Of a DNA stretch of 44,989 nucleotides, positions 21,175 to 31,333 are shown one piece after another (within the stretch, counting starts at the first letter, position 1; each line of letters begins with the position of its first letter). Source of the DNA: an uncultured Rickettsiales bacterium (GTDB lineage Bacteria > Pseudomonadota > Alphaproteobacteria > Rs-D84). The stretch covers positions 1 to 44,989 of the forward strand of contig CAMWQN010000005.1 in the NCBI GenBank assembly GCA_947176385.1. The letters run 5' to 3'. A model generated the notes under the pieces. That model saw only the letters and a list, made by a program, of their open reading frames with translations, was not told the origin of the DNA and made no database searches. Both the position numbers and the translations under genes were made by a program.

Positions 21175-21940
21175 ATTCAAATACCAATACGCGTGTTATA
21201 CCGCCCAAGTCGGATTGGGCGCGAATAAAATTCCATCCCGCCCGAACAAAGATATCACGCACAGCAATATCTTGGTCAATGCCGATTTCCAGATATATTT
21301 TACCACCGCACTTTATCCATTGTTTTGCGGTTTCTGCGATGGCGCGATATGCAGCCAATCCATTTTCATCCGCGAACAGTGCAATTTTTGGGTCATGCAT
21401 GGCGCCACTGTCAACGCGACTGTCATCAAATGCAATATATGGCGGGTTTGAAACAATGATATCAAATTGCCCCAGTTTTGTGTTTGGATGTGTAAAATCC
21501 CCCCGACGAATTTGTATGCGCGAATCCAGATTTAAGTTTTTTATATTGCGTCGCGCAACGCGTCGCGCCGCCCAAGATTTATCAATACCAACGCCACTGG
21601 CATTTGGGATATTCTTTGCGATTGCAGCAATAATGCACCCAGTCCCTGTTCCCAGGTCCAGTATGCGTGGCGCGCTGTCTTTTGGGGTGTCTGAAATTAC
21701 GGCTTCGACCAGTGTTTCGGTGTCTGGGCGCGGGTCCAAAGTATATTTATTTGTATAAAAACAAATGCCCCAGAACCATTTTTGATGGATAATTTTTGCG
21801 ACCGGCACGCTACGACGCAGTTGTCGTGCCATGCGCCATACTTTGAAATTTGTCAGATTTTTTGTATTATCAGTAATTATACGCGCGGCGCGTACGCCAC
21901 CCGCGGATTGTAAAATTGTGAACGCTTGATTTATTTTCAT
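21167..21940 (-). CDS. prmC: Release factor glutamine methyltransferase
   Basis: PRPDTETLVE, LDLGTGTGCI, SNPPYI, LEIG. Confidence 0.93.
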   Translation of the reverse strand: MKINQAFTILQSAGGVRAARIITDNTKNLTNFKVWRMARQLRRSVPVAKIIHQKWFWGICFYTNKYTLDPRPDTETLVEAVISDTPKDSAPRILDLGTGTGCIIAAIAKNIPNASGVGIDKSWAARRVARRNIKNLNLDSRIQIRRGDFTHPNTKLGQFDIIVSNPPYIAFDDSRVDSGAMHDPKIALFADENGLAAYRAIAETAKQWIKCGGKIYLEIGIDQDIAVRDIFVRAGWNFIRAQSDLGGITRVLVFEFK

Positions 21941-21946
21941 AAAATC

Positions 21947-21954
21947 ATTATAAT
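21947..21954. promoter_or_regulatory. Palindromic bidirectional -10 element
   Basis: ATTATAAT gives TATAAT on both strands, 6 and 7 nt from the divergent ATGs at 21940 and 21962. Confidence 0.6.
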
Positions 21955-21961
21955 ATGCCTC

Positions 21962-23221
21962 ATGAAAAAAGCAAAAGATATAATCACTTCCAACCTGTTG
22001 ACCCGCATAGTAATGGGGTTGGCAATTTTATTAACCATTGTCGCGATATATGTTGTTGTGACAAAGCCTACTAATAACAAGCCTATTGAAGCAAAATCAG
22101 AATGTAAAACGGTTGTCGTTGTGACGTCTGGTGACACGCTGTCCCAGTTGTTGTCCGCCCAGGGCATTGGTCACAATGATGTAAATGCAATTGCCCAGGT
22201 TTTGAAATCTGATGCGGGCATTTCGACATTACGTGCAGACAGGGATAAAATCGAATTTGTTCGCGATAATACAGGGGACCCTGTATCGAAAATCGTGATT
22301 ATTCCATCCCCATGGCGTCAGGTTGAATTGACCTGTGATAATGCCGGTGCATGGACCTGCAAAACACATGATATTGAACGTGATACACGTGTCGTATGGC
22401 GTGGCGGTGAAATCTTGGACGGGGACAGTTTTTATCTGGCGGGACAGCGTGCCGGAATCCCAGCCGGAATATTGGTTGATGTCTATGATTTGCTGGCGTT
22501 TGAAATGGACTTTGAACGTGATATCCGTGCGGGTCAAAAATTCTCGGTCTTGTTCGAAGAAAACTATGCTGCCGACGGGACCAAGGTTGATAATGGCAAT
22601 ATTCTGGCGATATCATTCCAGGCATTGCGTGGTAATGTTCAAATGTACAGATTCCGTAAATCTGATGGCACAATTGGATACTATGATGCCGAAGGTAATG
22701 GTGCAATCAAATCATTAAAACGTACACCAATTAACAATGCCAAGGTTACCAGCAGTTTTACCACCCGCAGAAAGCATCCTGTATTGGGATTTACCCGCGC
22801 GCACAAAGGGGTTGATTTCCGTGCACCAACTGGGACACCAATTCCAGCCGCCGGTGCGGGGCGTGTTATTGCACGTGGATATAATCGTGGTCATGGAAAC
22901 TATGTTAAAATCCGCCACAATGGATCATACGAAACATTGTATGCGCATATGTCAAAGTTTGCCAAGAATGTAAAGGTTGGCACAAATGTTCGCCAGGGTC
23001 AGATTATTGGATACGCTGGTTCAACAGGATTATCAACAGGTCCGCATTTGCATTATGAAATCATTAAAAATGGTCAGCATGTAAATCCATTGACTGTAAA
23101 GTTACCAGCAATCAGTAATTTGAACGATGCGGATAAAAAGAAATTCTTGGAATACAGAAAGGTTTTGGAATCTGGTATAGAACAGTTATCGAAAAATCCA
23201 AACTTCTTTATCCAGTTGTAA
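21962..23221 (+). CDS. M23 family peptidoglycan DD-endopeptidase (MepM-like)
   Basis: N-terminal TM, GDTLS LysM/OapA-like segment, HKGVDF, YAHM, STGPHLHYE. Confidence 0.92.
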   Translation: MKKAKDIITSNLLTRIVMGLAILLTIVAIYVVVTKPTNNKPIEAKSECKTVVVVTSGDTLSQLLSAQGIGHNDVNAIAQVLKSDAGISTLRADRDKIEFVRDNTGDPVSKIVIIPSPWRQVELTCDNAGAWTCKTHDIERDTRVVWRGGEILDGDSFYLAGQRAGIPAGILVDVYDLLAFEMDFERDIRAGQKFSVLFEENYAADGTKVDNGNILAISFQALRGNVQMYRFRKSDGTIGYYDAEGNGAIKSLKRTPINNAKVTSSFTTRRKHPVLGFTRAHKGVDFRAPTGTPIPAAGAGRVIARGYNRGHGNYVKIRHNGSYETLYAHMSKFAKNVKVGTNVRQGQIIGYAGSTGLSTGPHLHYEIIKNGQHVNPLTVKLPAISNLNDADKKKFLEYRKVLESGIEQLSKNPNFFIQL

Positions 23222-23227
23222 AATTAA

Positions 23228-23258
23228 CCCCACCGTTTGGTGGGGATTATTTTTTTTC
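23228..23258 (+). terminator. Intrinsic terminator
   Basis: CCCCACC-GTTT-GGTGGGG followed by T-rich run. Confidence 0.7.
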
Positions 23259-23484
23259 AGTTTTTTTGGTTAAATTTTCTGGTTTTTAACAGCACGATAC
23301 CATTGGTTATTATGCGGGCCAATATGTCGTCCGGGATAACGGCACGCCCGTTTTCATATTTTGCCAATTCGCGATGTGTTATTCGCAGAATTACGCCTAA
23401 ATCCCGTCGCCCTATGCATGCATTGCGCCGACCGCGACGAATGGCGGCACCAAAATATTTTGCATCTACTAATACTACTGTCAT
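23257..23484 (-). CDS. Small XRE-like HTH protein (downstream of leader copy C)
   Basis: FGAAIRRGR...DLGVILRITHRELAKYENG..IP; GGAG RBS; similar to 40682..41008. Confidence 0.75.
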   Translation of the reverse strand: MTVVLVDAKYFGAAIRRGRRNACIGRRDLGVILRITHRELAKYENGRAVIPDDILARIITNGIVLLKTRKFNQKN

Positions 23485-23515
23485 GTTTTCTTCTCCACTT
23501 GTTTTTATTGTTAAT

Positions 23516-23670
23516 AAAAAACACCGTCGTGATTAAGGACGGTTGGAGGTTAAAGACTATTCATCAATAGTGTTACTTATTTATGTATATCGTAACCCTC
23601 CAACCACAGTTGGAGTTTATTTGTTTTGATGACGAGGTCTTTACACCCCACACTGGTAATCACCCAGTGC
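23516..23670 (-). ncRNA. C4/CI-like structured leader, copy C
   Basis: Minus strand: TATAAT 23677-82; hairpin 23651-69; boxes TAAAGAC (23637-43) and TCATCAA (23626-32); cloverleaf 23541-23605 with TTGATGA (23561-67) and GTCTTTA (23551-57); terminator 23516-43. Confidence 0.78.
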
Positions 23671-23716
23671 AGTGTCATTATATCAATATTTATTTGGGAA
23701 TCAAAGTAAAATCTGG

Positions 23717-24454
23717 TTATTTATGCCCACAGCCGCAGCAGCAGTGTCCGTGGCTGTGACCACCGCAACCGCCACCACAACATCCGCCATCACCCAGTTT
23801 GCAGTGACGCATTAAAAAGTATGGGTGATTTGCCCGCAGCCATCCGATGGTTGAATCAATCCCGTGCCCGTGCACAACATACGTCTGGTCTGGCAAATTC
23901 ATGTCTGCGATTGAATATATGGATTTGCGCAGGGCGCCCGCATCACCCGTTGGGAAATCGGTTCGTCCAACGCCATCGTGAAACAATGTGTCACCAGATA
24001 TCAATATATCATAATCTGGGAAGTGGAACATCATACCGCCTGCCGAATGACCGGGCGCAGATATCGCGCGCATCCAAACCCCGGGCAGAATTTCATATTC
24101 GCCCGCCGGCAAATCTTCGGGACGGCGAAAGTCCGGTTCAATATGTGGCATTTCAAAGAAATCCAGTAACGCATTTCCCCACAGAACCAAATCAACATCC
24201 GCATGATTCATATACCATGGTATGTTAAATTGTGTTGCCAATGCGGGTGCGGCGGATATGTGGTCGCTGTGCCCGTGTGTGGTGTAAATTGCACGCAGAT
24301 TCAATCCGCGCTGTTCTAACAATTGTGTCCATGCCTCGGGTCGTCCCCATGCGTCGATTATGACGGCGTCATTACCAGACGTCACCAAAACAGAATTGGT
24401 GTTTTCAGGCTGCATACGCAGGATTTCAAATTTCACGTCTGTATTATTTGTCAT
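23717..24454 (-). CDS. MBL-fold metallo-hydrolase (glyoxalase II/YcbL-like) with Cys/His-rich tail
   Basis: THGHSDH, PGHSAG, SGDTLF..GVGRTD, HGHG. Start at MTNNTDV overlapping the ftsH end. Confidence 0.9.
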   Translation of the reverse strand: MTNNTDVKFEILRMQPENTNSVLVTSGNDAVIIDAWGRPEAWTQLLEQRGLNLRAIYTTHGHSDHISAAPALATQFNIPWYMNHADVDLVLWGNALLDFFEMPHIEPDFRRPEDLPAGEYEILPGVWMRAISAPGHSAGGMMFHFPDYDILISGDTLFHDGVGRTDFPTGDAGALRKSIYSIADMNLPDQTYVVHGHGIDSTIGWLRANHPYFLMRHCKLGDGGCCGGGCGGHSHGHCCCGCGHK

Positions 24455-26324
24455 CTTTCTTTTTACGCTTGGTTGTTGTTGCCTTGGCTGTTGTTTTCTT
24501 TTTGCCAAATATAATTTCGCGGATTTCGTCACCTGTCAATGTTTCACGACGCAATAATTCATTTGCCAGGCGTTCAACAGTCTTTTTGTTTTTTGTCAAC
24601 AATTTGGTTGCGTCGCGATGTGCCGCATCCAACCATGCTTTGATTTCATTATCAACTGCTTCGGCGGTTTTTTCAGACGCATTTTCCAACGCGCTGCGTC
24701 CGCCGAATGTGCTGGCTTGATTAATCGCAGACAATCCGATTTTTTGTGACAGACCCGCTGTTGTAATTGAATAACGTGCCAGGCGCGTCGCCATGGCGAT
24801 GTCGCTTTCTGCGCCGGTGGTAATTTTGTCCGCACCAAAGAATACTTCTTCGGCGGCGCGTCCCGCCAGGTCAATGGAGAGTGTCGCACGAACCTCTGCA
24901 ATTGTCATGGATACCTTGTCATCAATTGGCAGGTGTTGTACCATACCCAGTGCACGTCCACGTGGGATAATTGTTGCCTTGTGAATTGGGTCGGTGACAT
25001 CAGCATACATCTGGCTTACGAATGCGTGCCCCGCTTCGTGATATGCGGTTAATTTTTTGTCTGCATCGCGCATTTTGCGAATCTTGCGTGGTCCCATCAG
25101 GATTTTGTCGCGCGCTTCTTCAACGTCAACCGGCGCAATTGCATCGCGTCCGCCACGGACCGCATGCAGGGCAGCTTCGTTCAACAGGTTTTCCAAATCC
25201 GCACCCGAAAATCCGGTTGTACCACGTGCCAGGTCCTGGATATTTACATCATCGCTGATTTTTACGCGCTTTGCATACAGGTCCAGGATTTCACGACGTC
25301 CTGCCATGTCTGGCAATTCAATATACACCTGGCGGTCAAAACGTCCCGGACGCAACAGTGCAGGGTCCAGCATATCAGCGCGGTTTGTCGCACCAATAAC
25401 AATAATGCCGGTATTGTTTGCAAATCCATCCATTTCAATCAGTAATTGATTTAATGTTTGTTCGCGGTCTTGGTCATTATATGAATGTTGACTGCGGCGT
25501 TGTCCGATTGCGTCGATTTCATCGATGAACAGAATGCATGGCGCATTGCGTTTTGCCATTTCAAATATTTCTTTGATTTTTGCAACACCCAGACCCACAA
25601 TAATACCTGAAAAATCACTGCCCGATGCAGCAAAGAATGGTACATTTGCTTCGCCTGCGATGGCACGCGCCAACAGCGTTTTACCCGTACCCGGCTGACC
25701 AGACAGCAATACCCCGCGTGGGACGCGTGCGCCAATGCCCTTGAATTTTTCGCGGTTCTTCAAGAAATCGACAACTTCCATCAATTCTTGTTTTTCTGAA
25801 TCAATACCTGCAACGTCTTTGAATGTTGTCTTGGTTTTGCCGGTTGTAATTTTTGTTGGGTTTTGTTGTGTTAATGCACGACCAATGCCACCACCACGCA
25901 TCCCGCGCAGCAACCACCATATAAACAGCAGTGCCAATAATACTGATATGCCGGTCATCGCGCGTTCGCCAAATGACTTTGACGCATCAATAGATATCGC
26001 TGCCCCACTGTCCGCCAGTTTTGTCAGCAATGCCGGGTCATACGCAATTGTTGCATTAAATTTTGTCCCATCTGACAGGGTGCCGGTCGCATCATTGCCA
26101 TGAATCTTCATTGTTTTGATGTCATCTGCGCGACGCATTACATCTGAAAAGGACAGTTCAACCGGCGCGGTGCCTTGTGCTGATACACCACTCAGGGCAG
26201 GCATGCTTTTCGGACCCATAAATGCGAACAGTGCGACTGCCCCGAACAGTATTACAAATATTGTAATAAAAGCATTAGATGAATTGATTTTGTTTTTATT
26301 TAATACATTTTTTTTGTTTTTCAT
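24444..26324 (-). CDS. ftsH: ATP-dependent zinc metalloprotease FtsH
   Basis: Two TMs, GQPGTGKT, FIDEIDA, ALLRPGRFDR, HEAGH. Confidence 0.96.
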   Translation of the reverse strand: MKNKKNVLNKNKINSSNAFITIFVILFGAVALFAFMGPKSMPALSGVSAQGTAPVELSFSDVMRRADDIKTMKIHGNDATGTLSDGTKFNATIAYDPALLTKLADSGAAISIDASKSFGERAMTGISVLLALLFIWWLLRGMRGGGIGRALTQQNPTKITTGKTKTTFKDVAGIDSEKQELMEVVDFLKNREKFKGIGARVPRGVLLSGQPGTGKTLLARAIAGEANVPFFAASGSDFSGIIVGLGVAKIKEIFEMAKRNAPCILFIDEIDAIGQRRSQHSYNDQDREQTLNQLLIEMDGFANNTGIIVIGATNRADMLDPALLRPGRFDRQVYIELPDMAGRREILDLYAKRVKISDDVNIQDLARGTTGFSGADLENLLNEAALHAVRGGRDAIAPVDVEEARDKILMGPRKIRKMRDADKKLTAYHEAGHAFVSQMYADVTDPIHKATIIPRGRALGMVQHLPIDDKVSMTIAEVRATLSIDLAGRAAEEVFFGADKITTGAESDIAMATRLARYSITTAGLSQKIGLSAINQASTFGGRSALENASEKTAEAVDNEIKAWLDAAHRDATKLLTKNKKTVERLANELLRRETLTGDEIREIIFGKKKTTAKATTTKRKKKDDK

Positions 26325-27276
26325 GTTTCTTCCTAAAACTAGCCCTGTTTCCTTCGGGGACAATCAAGATTTCATCGCCCAAGCGTCGCAGTGTGCAGTG
26401 ACCTAATGTAAATTTGCAATCTGCATTCAGTTTATTTAGCGCACCCGTCAATGATTTCAAGCGTGGCTGATAATTATCCCCCCCGATTTTTTGAATCAAT
26501 CGTCCCAAGAACTTTAATCTAATATCGGGTGCCGGGTCAAATAGAAAAGAACAGGAAAAAAATGCACCGTCGTTATCAATAACCTGACCGATACGTGTGT
26601 TAATGTCAACATCCAGTGCATCACGTGCACGCCCCAGGTTTTCAATCGCCAATAAAATGCGCGCATCTTCAATCCCCAGTGCATCCCGTAACAGGTGACG
26701 GTTTTGGCGAATTCTGACCCGGGTATATTGCGTGTCAAAATTCATTTCATCGTGGAAATATTTGATATTGTGGCTGTCACAGTATGCCTGTAATTCTGAC
26801 CTGTACACTTTTAATAATGGGCGAATGATTTTGACGCCATCGCGGGTGGATTCGCCACGCATTGCCGCCAGTCCCGTAACCCCGCTGCCACGTGCCAGAT
26901 TCATCAAGAATGTTTCGATTTGGTCATCTGCCTGATGTGCGATTGCCAGGGCATCAATATTATTCTCACGGCACCACTGGGTCATCATATTGTATCGGGC
27001 ATCCCTGGCCGCGGCTTCCAGGTTTGACGCGGGCTTGTCCCCCGTCCAGTAAAATATTTGGCATGGGATGCCCAGGTTTTGACATAACGCCTCGACATAC
27101 TGTGTTTCTACATCCGCAGCATCACGCAGTCCATGATTTACATGCAGGGCAGTTATATCCATATTCATTTCATGCAGCCAGTGCAATAAACACACAGAAT
27201 CAACACCGCCACTGACCGCGACAGCCAGGCGTTTGCCGATATAGTTCCGGATGAAATGGACAAAATTCTGATTCAT
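26296..27276 (-). CDS. tilS: tRNA(Ile)-lysidine synthase
   Basis: AVSGGVDS PP-loop, HVNHGLR, EAAARDARY, AHQADDQIET; upstream of ftsH. Confidence 0.95.
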   Translation of the reverse strand: MNQNFVHFIRNYIGKRLAVAVSGGVDSVCLLHWLHEMNMDITALHVNHGLRDAADVETQYVEALCQNLGIPCQIFYWTGDKPASNLEAAARDARYNMMTQWCRENNIDALAIAHQADDQIETFLMNLARGSGVTGLAAMRGESTRDGVKIIRPLLKVYRSELQAYCDSHNIKYFHDEMNFDTQYTRVRIRQNRHLLRDALGIEDARILLAIENLGRARDALDVDINTRIGQVIDNDGAFFSCSFLFDPAPDIRLKFLGRLIQKIGGDNYQPRLKSLTGALNKLNADCKFTLGHCTLRRLGDEILIVPEGNRASFRKKHEKQKKCIK

Positions 27277-27324
27277 AGTTCCTATATTTTATGGTATAAT
27301 TCGCAAAAATAAAGGAAAAAGAAA

Positions 27325-27876
27325 ATGACATCAAAATTGAAATCAATCGCCGTATATTGCGGACATGAATTTGGCACGAATCCTGAATATGCACGTGCTG
27401 CGGCACGAATTGGCGAATTGCTGGGGCGTAATAAGTTCCGTATGGTATTTGGTGGTGGCGACGTTGGTCTGATGGGAACGGTTGCCAGTGCTGCATTGGC
27501 TGCGGGCGGTCATGTCGTCGGCGTATCAACACATGATGTGGTGGCAAAACAGGAACCTGTCCACGCAGAAATCGATGTTGAAATCGTAAACGGTGTAAAT
27601 GAACGCAAGCAAAAGATGTATGAATTATCCGACGGATTTATAATCCTGCCGGGCGGAATTGGCACACTGAATGAATTGACAGACATCATGACCATGCAGC
27701 AGATTGGCGAAACACATAAGCCATTGTTCTTTTTAAACACCGCAAAGTTCTGGGAAATGTTTGGCAATTTGTTCGTGCACATGCAACACGAAGGCTTTAT
27801 TGAAAGCATTGACGACTATAATATGCACAATGCTTTGACGCCTGACGAATTGATTAAACAAATTATGGAATATTAA
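27325..27876 (+). CDS. LOG family nucleotide phosphoribohydrolase (TIGR00730-like)
   Basis: FGGG.VGLMG, ERKQKM, PGGIGTLNEL. Confidence 0.92.
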   Translation: MTSKLKSIAVYCGHEFGTNPEYARAAARIGELLGRNKFRMVFGGGDVGLMGTVASAALAAGGHVVGVSTHDVVAKQEPVHAEIDVEIVNGVNERKQKMYELSDGFIILPGGIGTLNELTDIMTMQQIGETHKPLFFLNTAKFWEMFGNLFVHMQHEGFIESIDDYNMHNALTPDELIKQIMEY

Positions 27877-28088
27877 AATTCAATAACTTTATCGCGGGCA
27901 GTTTGTCCGCGAATTATTTTAATGCTGGTCTTGGGTACATTAAAATGCGCCGCCAGCATTTTTATTACAGCACTGTTTGCCTGACCATCGGTTGCAGCAG
28001 CGGTGGTATATACACGCAACGTGCCGTCGGATTGTGGTTCGACGGCATTACGGCGTGCATGTGCGGTAACGCGTATATTTACTTGCAT
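27873..28088 (-). CDS. DUF167/YggU family protein
   Basis: RVTAHA, DGQAN.AVIKMLA..F.VPK..I.IIRG.TAR.K. Confidence 0.88.
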   Translation of the reverse strand: MQVNIRVTAHARRNAVEPQSDGTLRVYTTAAATDGQANSAVIKMLAAHFNVPKTSIKIIRGQTARDKVIEF

Positions 28089-28459
28089 GATTCAGAAATG
28101 GCTGTTTGTAATTCTGGTCGTCTGTCGCCTGCAACCAAATGCAGATGGAAATGGAAAACGCTTTGCTTTAAAAATGGTGCGTTCGCCCCGGCATTTGCCA
28201 GAATGTTAAAGTTTTCATTTATTCCCAATGCATCTGCTGTCTGGGCAAAGCACTGCCAAAATCCGTTTTGTTCGGTTGCTGATGCATTCTTTGCAAAATC
28301 CAGAATATTTTGATATTGACCCTTTGGTATGACCAGGGCATGCGTTGAAAACATTGGGCTGACATCATAGAAACTGATTGCATATTCATTTTCTGCAATT
28401 TTTTTACATGGGATTTCGCCACGGATAATTTTTGCAAACACATTGTTATTGTCATACAT
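28079..28459 (-). CDS. HIT family nucleotide-binding protein
   Basis: NVFAKIIRGEIP, HALVIPK, QSVFHFHLH. Confidence 0.92.
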   Translation of the reverse strand: MYDNNNVFAKIIRGEIPCKKIAENEYAISFYDVSPMFSTHALVIPKGQYQNILDFAKNASATEQNGFWQCFAQTADALGINENFNILANAGANAPFLKQSVFHFHLHLVAGDRRPELQTAISESCK

Positions 28460-28519
28460 ATTTTTATTCCCCTTGTTTATTAAAACTCAGCGTATTACAC
28501 TGGGAGCATAAAATCAAGC

Positions 28520-28547
28520 CTTGAAATCAGAATATGATGCACTATAT
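28520..28547 (+). promoter_or_regulatory. RpoH (sigma32)-type promoter of groESL
   Basis: CTTGAAA...CTATAT matches the alphaproteobacterial heat-shock consensus; no CIRCE seen. Confidence 0.55.
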
Positions 28548-28594
28548 TCACAAGCAGCAGCAGTAAAATAATTTGTTTTTGAAGGAGAAATTAC

Positions 28595-28879
28595 ATGTTC
28601 AAACCACTGCATAATTACGTATTACTGGAAAGATTAGAAGAAGAAACAAAAACAGCCGGTGGAATCATTATTCCGGATAACGCACGTGAAAAGCCATCCC
28701 GTGGTCGCGTTATCGCGACGGGCGACGGTGCATTTGATGGCGCGAACCGCATTCCAATGACTGTCAAGACTGGCGACGTTGTATTATTTGCCAAATGGGC
28801 ATCATCGGCGAACGAAGTCAAAATCAACGGCGCAGATTATATATTAATCAAAGAAACAGATATATTGGGAATTTTATAA
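28595..28879 (+). CDS. groES: Co-chaperonin GroES
   Basis: KPLH..V, KTAGGIIIPD.A.EKP, KETDILG. Confidence 0.97.
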   Translation: MFKPLHNYVLLERLEEETKTAGGIIIPDNAREKPSRGRVIATGDGAFDGANRIPMTVKTGDVVLFAKWASSANEVKINGADYILIKETDILGIL

Positions 28880-28894
28880 CGAAAGGAATACATT

Positions 28895-30511
28895 ATGGCA
28901 AAGGAAATTGTTTTTAATACAGATAAACTGGCTGCCGGTGTTGATAAATTGGCAGATGCAGTAAAAATCACTATGGGTCCCAAGGGACGCACAGTTGTTA
29001 TTGAAAAGTCATATGGTGCGCCGGTCGCAACCAAGGACGGGGTTACAGTTGCCAAGGCTGTATCTTTAAAAGACCCAATGGAAAACGTTGGTGCACGCAT
29101 GGTTCAGGAAGTAGCCAAGAAAGCCGGCGATGATGCAGGTGATGGTACAACAACAGCAACCGTCTTGGCGCAAAAGATTATCCGCGAAGGTCGTCGCGTA
29201 ATTGCCGCTGGCATGAATCCAATGGATGTAAAACGCGGTATTGATATGGCTGTGTCCGCTGTTGTTAGCGACATTGAATCACATGCCCGCCCAGTCAAAG
29301 ACAGCGCAGAAATCGCCCAGGTTGCGACAATATCTGCAAATTCCGATTATGACATCGGTCAGAAAATCGCGGACGCCATGGCACGTGTTGGCAAAGAAGG
29401 CGTTATCACCGTCGAAGAAGCCAAAGGTCTGGACACTGAAATCGATGTTGTCGAAGGTATGCAGTTTGACCAGGGATTTATGTCGCCATACTTTGTCACA
29501 AACAGCGAAAAAATGTTGGCTGAATTGGATGGTGCACAAATCTTGGTATCTGAAAAGAAAATCACAGGATTGCAGGCATTACTGCCAATCTTGGAACCGA
29601 TTGCCCAGTCTGGTCGTCCACTGTTGATTATTGCCGAAGATGTTGAATCCGAAGCCTTGGCAACATTGGTTTTGAACCGTCTGCGTGGTGGGTTAAAGGT
29701 ATGCGCGGTCAAAGCCCCAGGCTTTGGTGATCGCCGCAAAGAAATGTTAAAAGATATCGCCGCAGTCACCGGCGCAACAGTTATATCTGATGACATGGGT
29801 ATGACATTTGAAAATATCACCCCGGCTGTGCTGGGTACTGCCAAGAAAGTTGTTGTCAGCAAAGATTCAACATTACTGGCACAGGGTGGTGGGGATAAAT
29901 CTGCTATTGCTGCGCGTGCTGATGAAATCCGTAAACTGTTGGCGACATCAACCAGCGACTATGACAAAGAAAAATTGGCAGAACGCTTGGCAAAGTTGGT
30001 CGGTGGCGTCGCCGTTATCAAGGTTGGCGGCATGACCGAGGTCGAAGTTAAAGAAAAGAAAGACCGTGTTGATGACGCATTGGCTGCAACCCGTGCAGCG
30101 GTTGCTGACGGTATTGTTGCCGGTGGTGGGGTTGCCTTAATCCGCAGCGCGAAAGCCCTTGAAAAATTAAAGGGCGCAAATACAGACCAAAATGTCGGTA
30201 TTGATATTGTCCGTCGCGCAGTTGTTGCCCCATGTGCACAAATCGCAGAAAACGCGGGCGTATCCGGCGAAATCGTTGTTGGCAAGGTTATGGAATTCAA
30301 AGACTATAATTTTGGATACAATGCTGCGACCGGCGAATATGTCGATATGATGAAGTCTGGTATTATTGACCCAGCCAAGGTTGTTAAAACCGCAATCCAG
30401 GCTGCTGCCAGCACTGCTGGTGCAATTCTGACAACGGGTGTTGTAATGACAGAAATTCCCGAAGAAAAACCAGCCAGCCCAATGCCGGGTGGTATGCCAG
30501 GAATGATGTAA
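28895..30511 (+). CDS. groEL: Chaperonin GroEL
   Basis: [35 protein letters not shown] tail. Confidence 0.98.
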   Translation: MAKEIVFNTDKLAAGVDKLADAVKITMGPKGRTVVIEKSYGAPVATKDGVTVAKAVSLKDPMENVGARMVQEVAKKAGDDAGDGTTTATVLAQKIIREGRRVIAAGMNPMDVKRGIDMAVSAVVSDIESHARPVKDSAEIAQVATISANSDYDIGQKIADAMARVGKEGVITVEEAKGLDTEIDVVEGMQFDQGFMSPYFVTNSEKMLAELDGAQILVSEKKITGLQALLPILEPIAQSGRPLLIIAEDVESEALATLVLNRLRGGLKVCAVKAPGFGDRRKEMLKDIAAVTGATVISDDMGMTFENITPAVLGTAKKVVVSKDSTLLAQGGGDKSAIAARADEIRKLLATSTSDYDKEKLAERLAKLVGGVAVIKVGGMTEVEVKEKKDRVDDALAATRAAVADGIVAGGGVALIRSAKALEKLKGANTDQNVGIDIVRRAVVAPCAQIAENAGVSGEIVVGKVMEFKDYNFGYNAATGEYVDMMKSGIIDPAKVVKTAIQAAASTAGAILTTGVVMTEIPEEKPASPMPGGMPGMM

Positions 30512-30524
30512 GATATTCAAACCA

Positions 30525-30555
30525 GCCCCGCATTAACGCGGGGCAAATTTTTTTT
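30525..30555 (+). terminator. groEL terminator
   Basis: GCCCCGC-ATTAAC-GCGGGGC then AAA and a T-run. Confidence 0.7.
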
Positions 30556-30619
30556 GGTAAAAATAATACTCAAAGCGATTCGTGTGTTATATTGATGCTG
30601 TTCAATCAAAGGAGTGAAT

Positions 30620-31138
30620 ATGTTTTCAACAGAATATCCGGTCAGCAGCATGGGAAACCACGAAAACCCAAAGTTAGTTATTTTGACCTTTAATCCACAT
30701 TTTGGTGCTGATGAAACGATAGAGTCTTTGCCAGAGGCACAATTGGACAAGATGGGTAAATACGATATCCGTGGTATGAACCTGCGTGAATTTGCAGCTG
30801 TGTGTCCATGGTGGCAGGATATTTTGAACCTTATCGGTCACAAGGTAAAACCCGAAGAAATCTTGACTCTGGAATATCTGCCATACCGCAGCAGCGGTTC
30901 TGCCGAGGTTCCAAAACAATATCGCAATGATGAATTGGCGACATTACATCGTAAAAAGAATATTGTTTTGATACGCCGTGCAATGGCAAATGGCGCGAAA
31001 ATATTTGGATATTACCATGGTGATTGGGTCAACGAATTACCAGAATTAAAGCGTTATCCGCATTTTGGCTGTTCTTCCCTGCAATGGAAAAATGGAAAAC
31101 GCAAGGCGTTGGTTGATTTTGTTAATTCAGAATTTTAA
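30620..31138 (+). CDS. Hypothetical protein, possible uracil-DNA glycosylase-like fold
   Basis: AAGGAG RBS; MGN..NPKLVILTFNP and LEYLPYRS segments. Fold call is tentative. Confidence 0.65.
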   Translation: MFSTEYPVSSMGNHENPKLVILTFNPHFGADETIESLPEAQLDKMGKYDIRGMNLREFAAVCPWWQDILNLIGHKVKPEEILTLEYLPYRSSGSAEVPKQYRNDELATLHRKKNIVLIRRAMANGAKIFGYYHGDWVNELPELKRYPHFGCSSLQWKNGKRKALVDFVNSEF

Positions 31139-31256
31139 ATCTGATTCATAATGTATGCCCGTATCAGGTGCCATGGGGGGTGAAAAAACAAATAAGGCAC
31201 CCCCGACATATTTTTTCTTGCAATCTGAATAAAAACGTATAAAATACTACAACGTT

Positions 31257-31333
31257 GCACCCATGGCTCAATTGGATAGAGCATCTGACTACGGATCAGA
31301 AGGTTGAGGGTTCGAATCCTTCTGGGTGCGCCA
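31257..31333 (+). tRNA. tRNA-Arg(ACG)
   Basis: GCACCCATGGCTCAATTGGATAGAGCATCTGACTACGGATCAGAAGGTTGAGGGTTCGAATCCTTCTGGGTGCGCCA: ACG anticodon, CCA end. Confidence 0.97.
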
